Assembly (NCBI GenBank): GCA_035221665.1
Contig: CM069155.1
Location: 29,698,001 to 29,762,000 of the forward strand
Direction of reading: 5' to 3'
Source: Okamejei kenojei
Taxonomy: Eukaryota
DNA length: 64,000 nucleotides
Shown here piece by piece: positions 63,308 through 64,000 of the stretch (the first letter of the stretch is position 1; every line of letters starts with the position of its first letter). A program made the translations under genes and the position numbers. The notes under the pieces are model-generated. The model was given only the letters and a program-made list of their open reading frames with translations, was not told the origin of the DNA and did not search any database.

Positions 63308-64000
63308 CATAGAAACATAGAAATTAGGTGCAGGAATAGGCCATTCAGCCCTTCGAGCCTGCACCGCCATTCAATATGATCATGGCTGATCATCCAACTC
63401 AGTATCCCGTACCTGCCTTCTCTCCATACCCCCTGATCCCCTTAGCCACAAGGGCCACATCCAACTCACTCTTAAATATAGCCAATGAACTGGCCTCAAC
63501 TACCCTCTGTGGCAGAGAGTTCCAGAGACTCACCACTCTCTGTGTGAAAAAAAGTCTTTCTCATCTCGGTCTTAAAGGATTTCCCCCTTATCCTTAAGCT
63601 GTGACCCCTTGTCCTGGACTTCCCCAACATCGGGAACAATCTTCCTGCATCTAGCCTGTCCAACCCCCTAAGAATTTTGTAAGTTTCTATAAGATCCCCT
63701 CTCAATCTCCTAAATTCCAGAGAGTATAAACCGAGTCTATCCAGTCTTTCTTCATAAGACAGTCCTGACATCCCAGGAATCAGTCTGGTGAACCTTCTCT
63801 GCACTCCCTCTATGGCAATAATGTCCTTCCTCAGATTTGGAGACCAAAACTGCACGCAATACTCCAGGTGTGGTCTCACCAAGACCCTGTACAACTGAAG
63901 TAGAACCTCCCTGCTCCTGTACTCAAATCCTTTTGCTATGAAAGCTAACATACCATTCGCTTTTTTCACTGCCTGCTGCACCTGCATGCCTACTTTCAAT
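63308..64000 (-). mobile_element. Young CR1 LINE (same subfamily as 10047-12162) nested in the L1; runs off the window
   Basis: catagaaacatagaaa tail; near-identical to 10045-10736; RT C-terminal ORF 63999-63496. Confidence 0.92.

Overview
Eukaryotic genomic DNA from a cartilaginous fish, probably a skate or ray (inferred from the Ig organisation and the repeat families). The window is a tandem array of immunoglobulin light-chain 'cluster' genes of the lambda/type II (NS3-like) class, all on the + strand. Four genes look intact, each with leader exon, intron, germline-joined VJ exon (no RSS, in-frame 8-aa CDR3), intron and C exon: cluster 1 (leader cut by the window start, 1-3332), cluster 2 (26341-28563), cluster 3 (42207-44441) and cluster 4 (57852-60371). 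A fifth, orphan C exon (16655-16977) is a pseudogene from a partial tandem duplication of cluster 1. Clusters 2-4 form a ~15.7-kb repeat unit with mosaic ancestry. The intergenic DNA is mostly transposon-derived: nested CR1 LINEs, Penelope-like elements with hammerhead ribozyme motifs, L1-like and RTE-X-like LINEs, V-SINEs and one hAT element, many with readable target-site duplications (TSDs). The most striking signal is that the genomic V paralogues differ mainly by contiguous 2-4 nt substitutions concentrated in CDR1/CDR2, resembling the shark somatic hypermutation signature. All alignments and counts were done by eye; coordinates of old, degenerate repeats are approximate.
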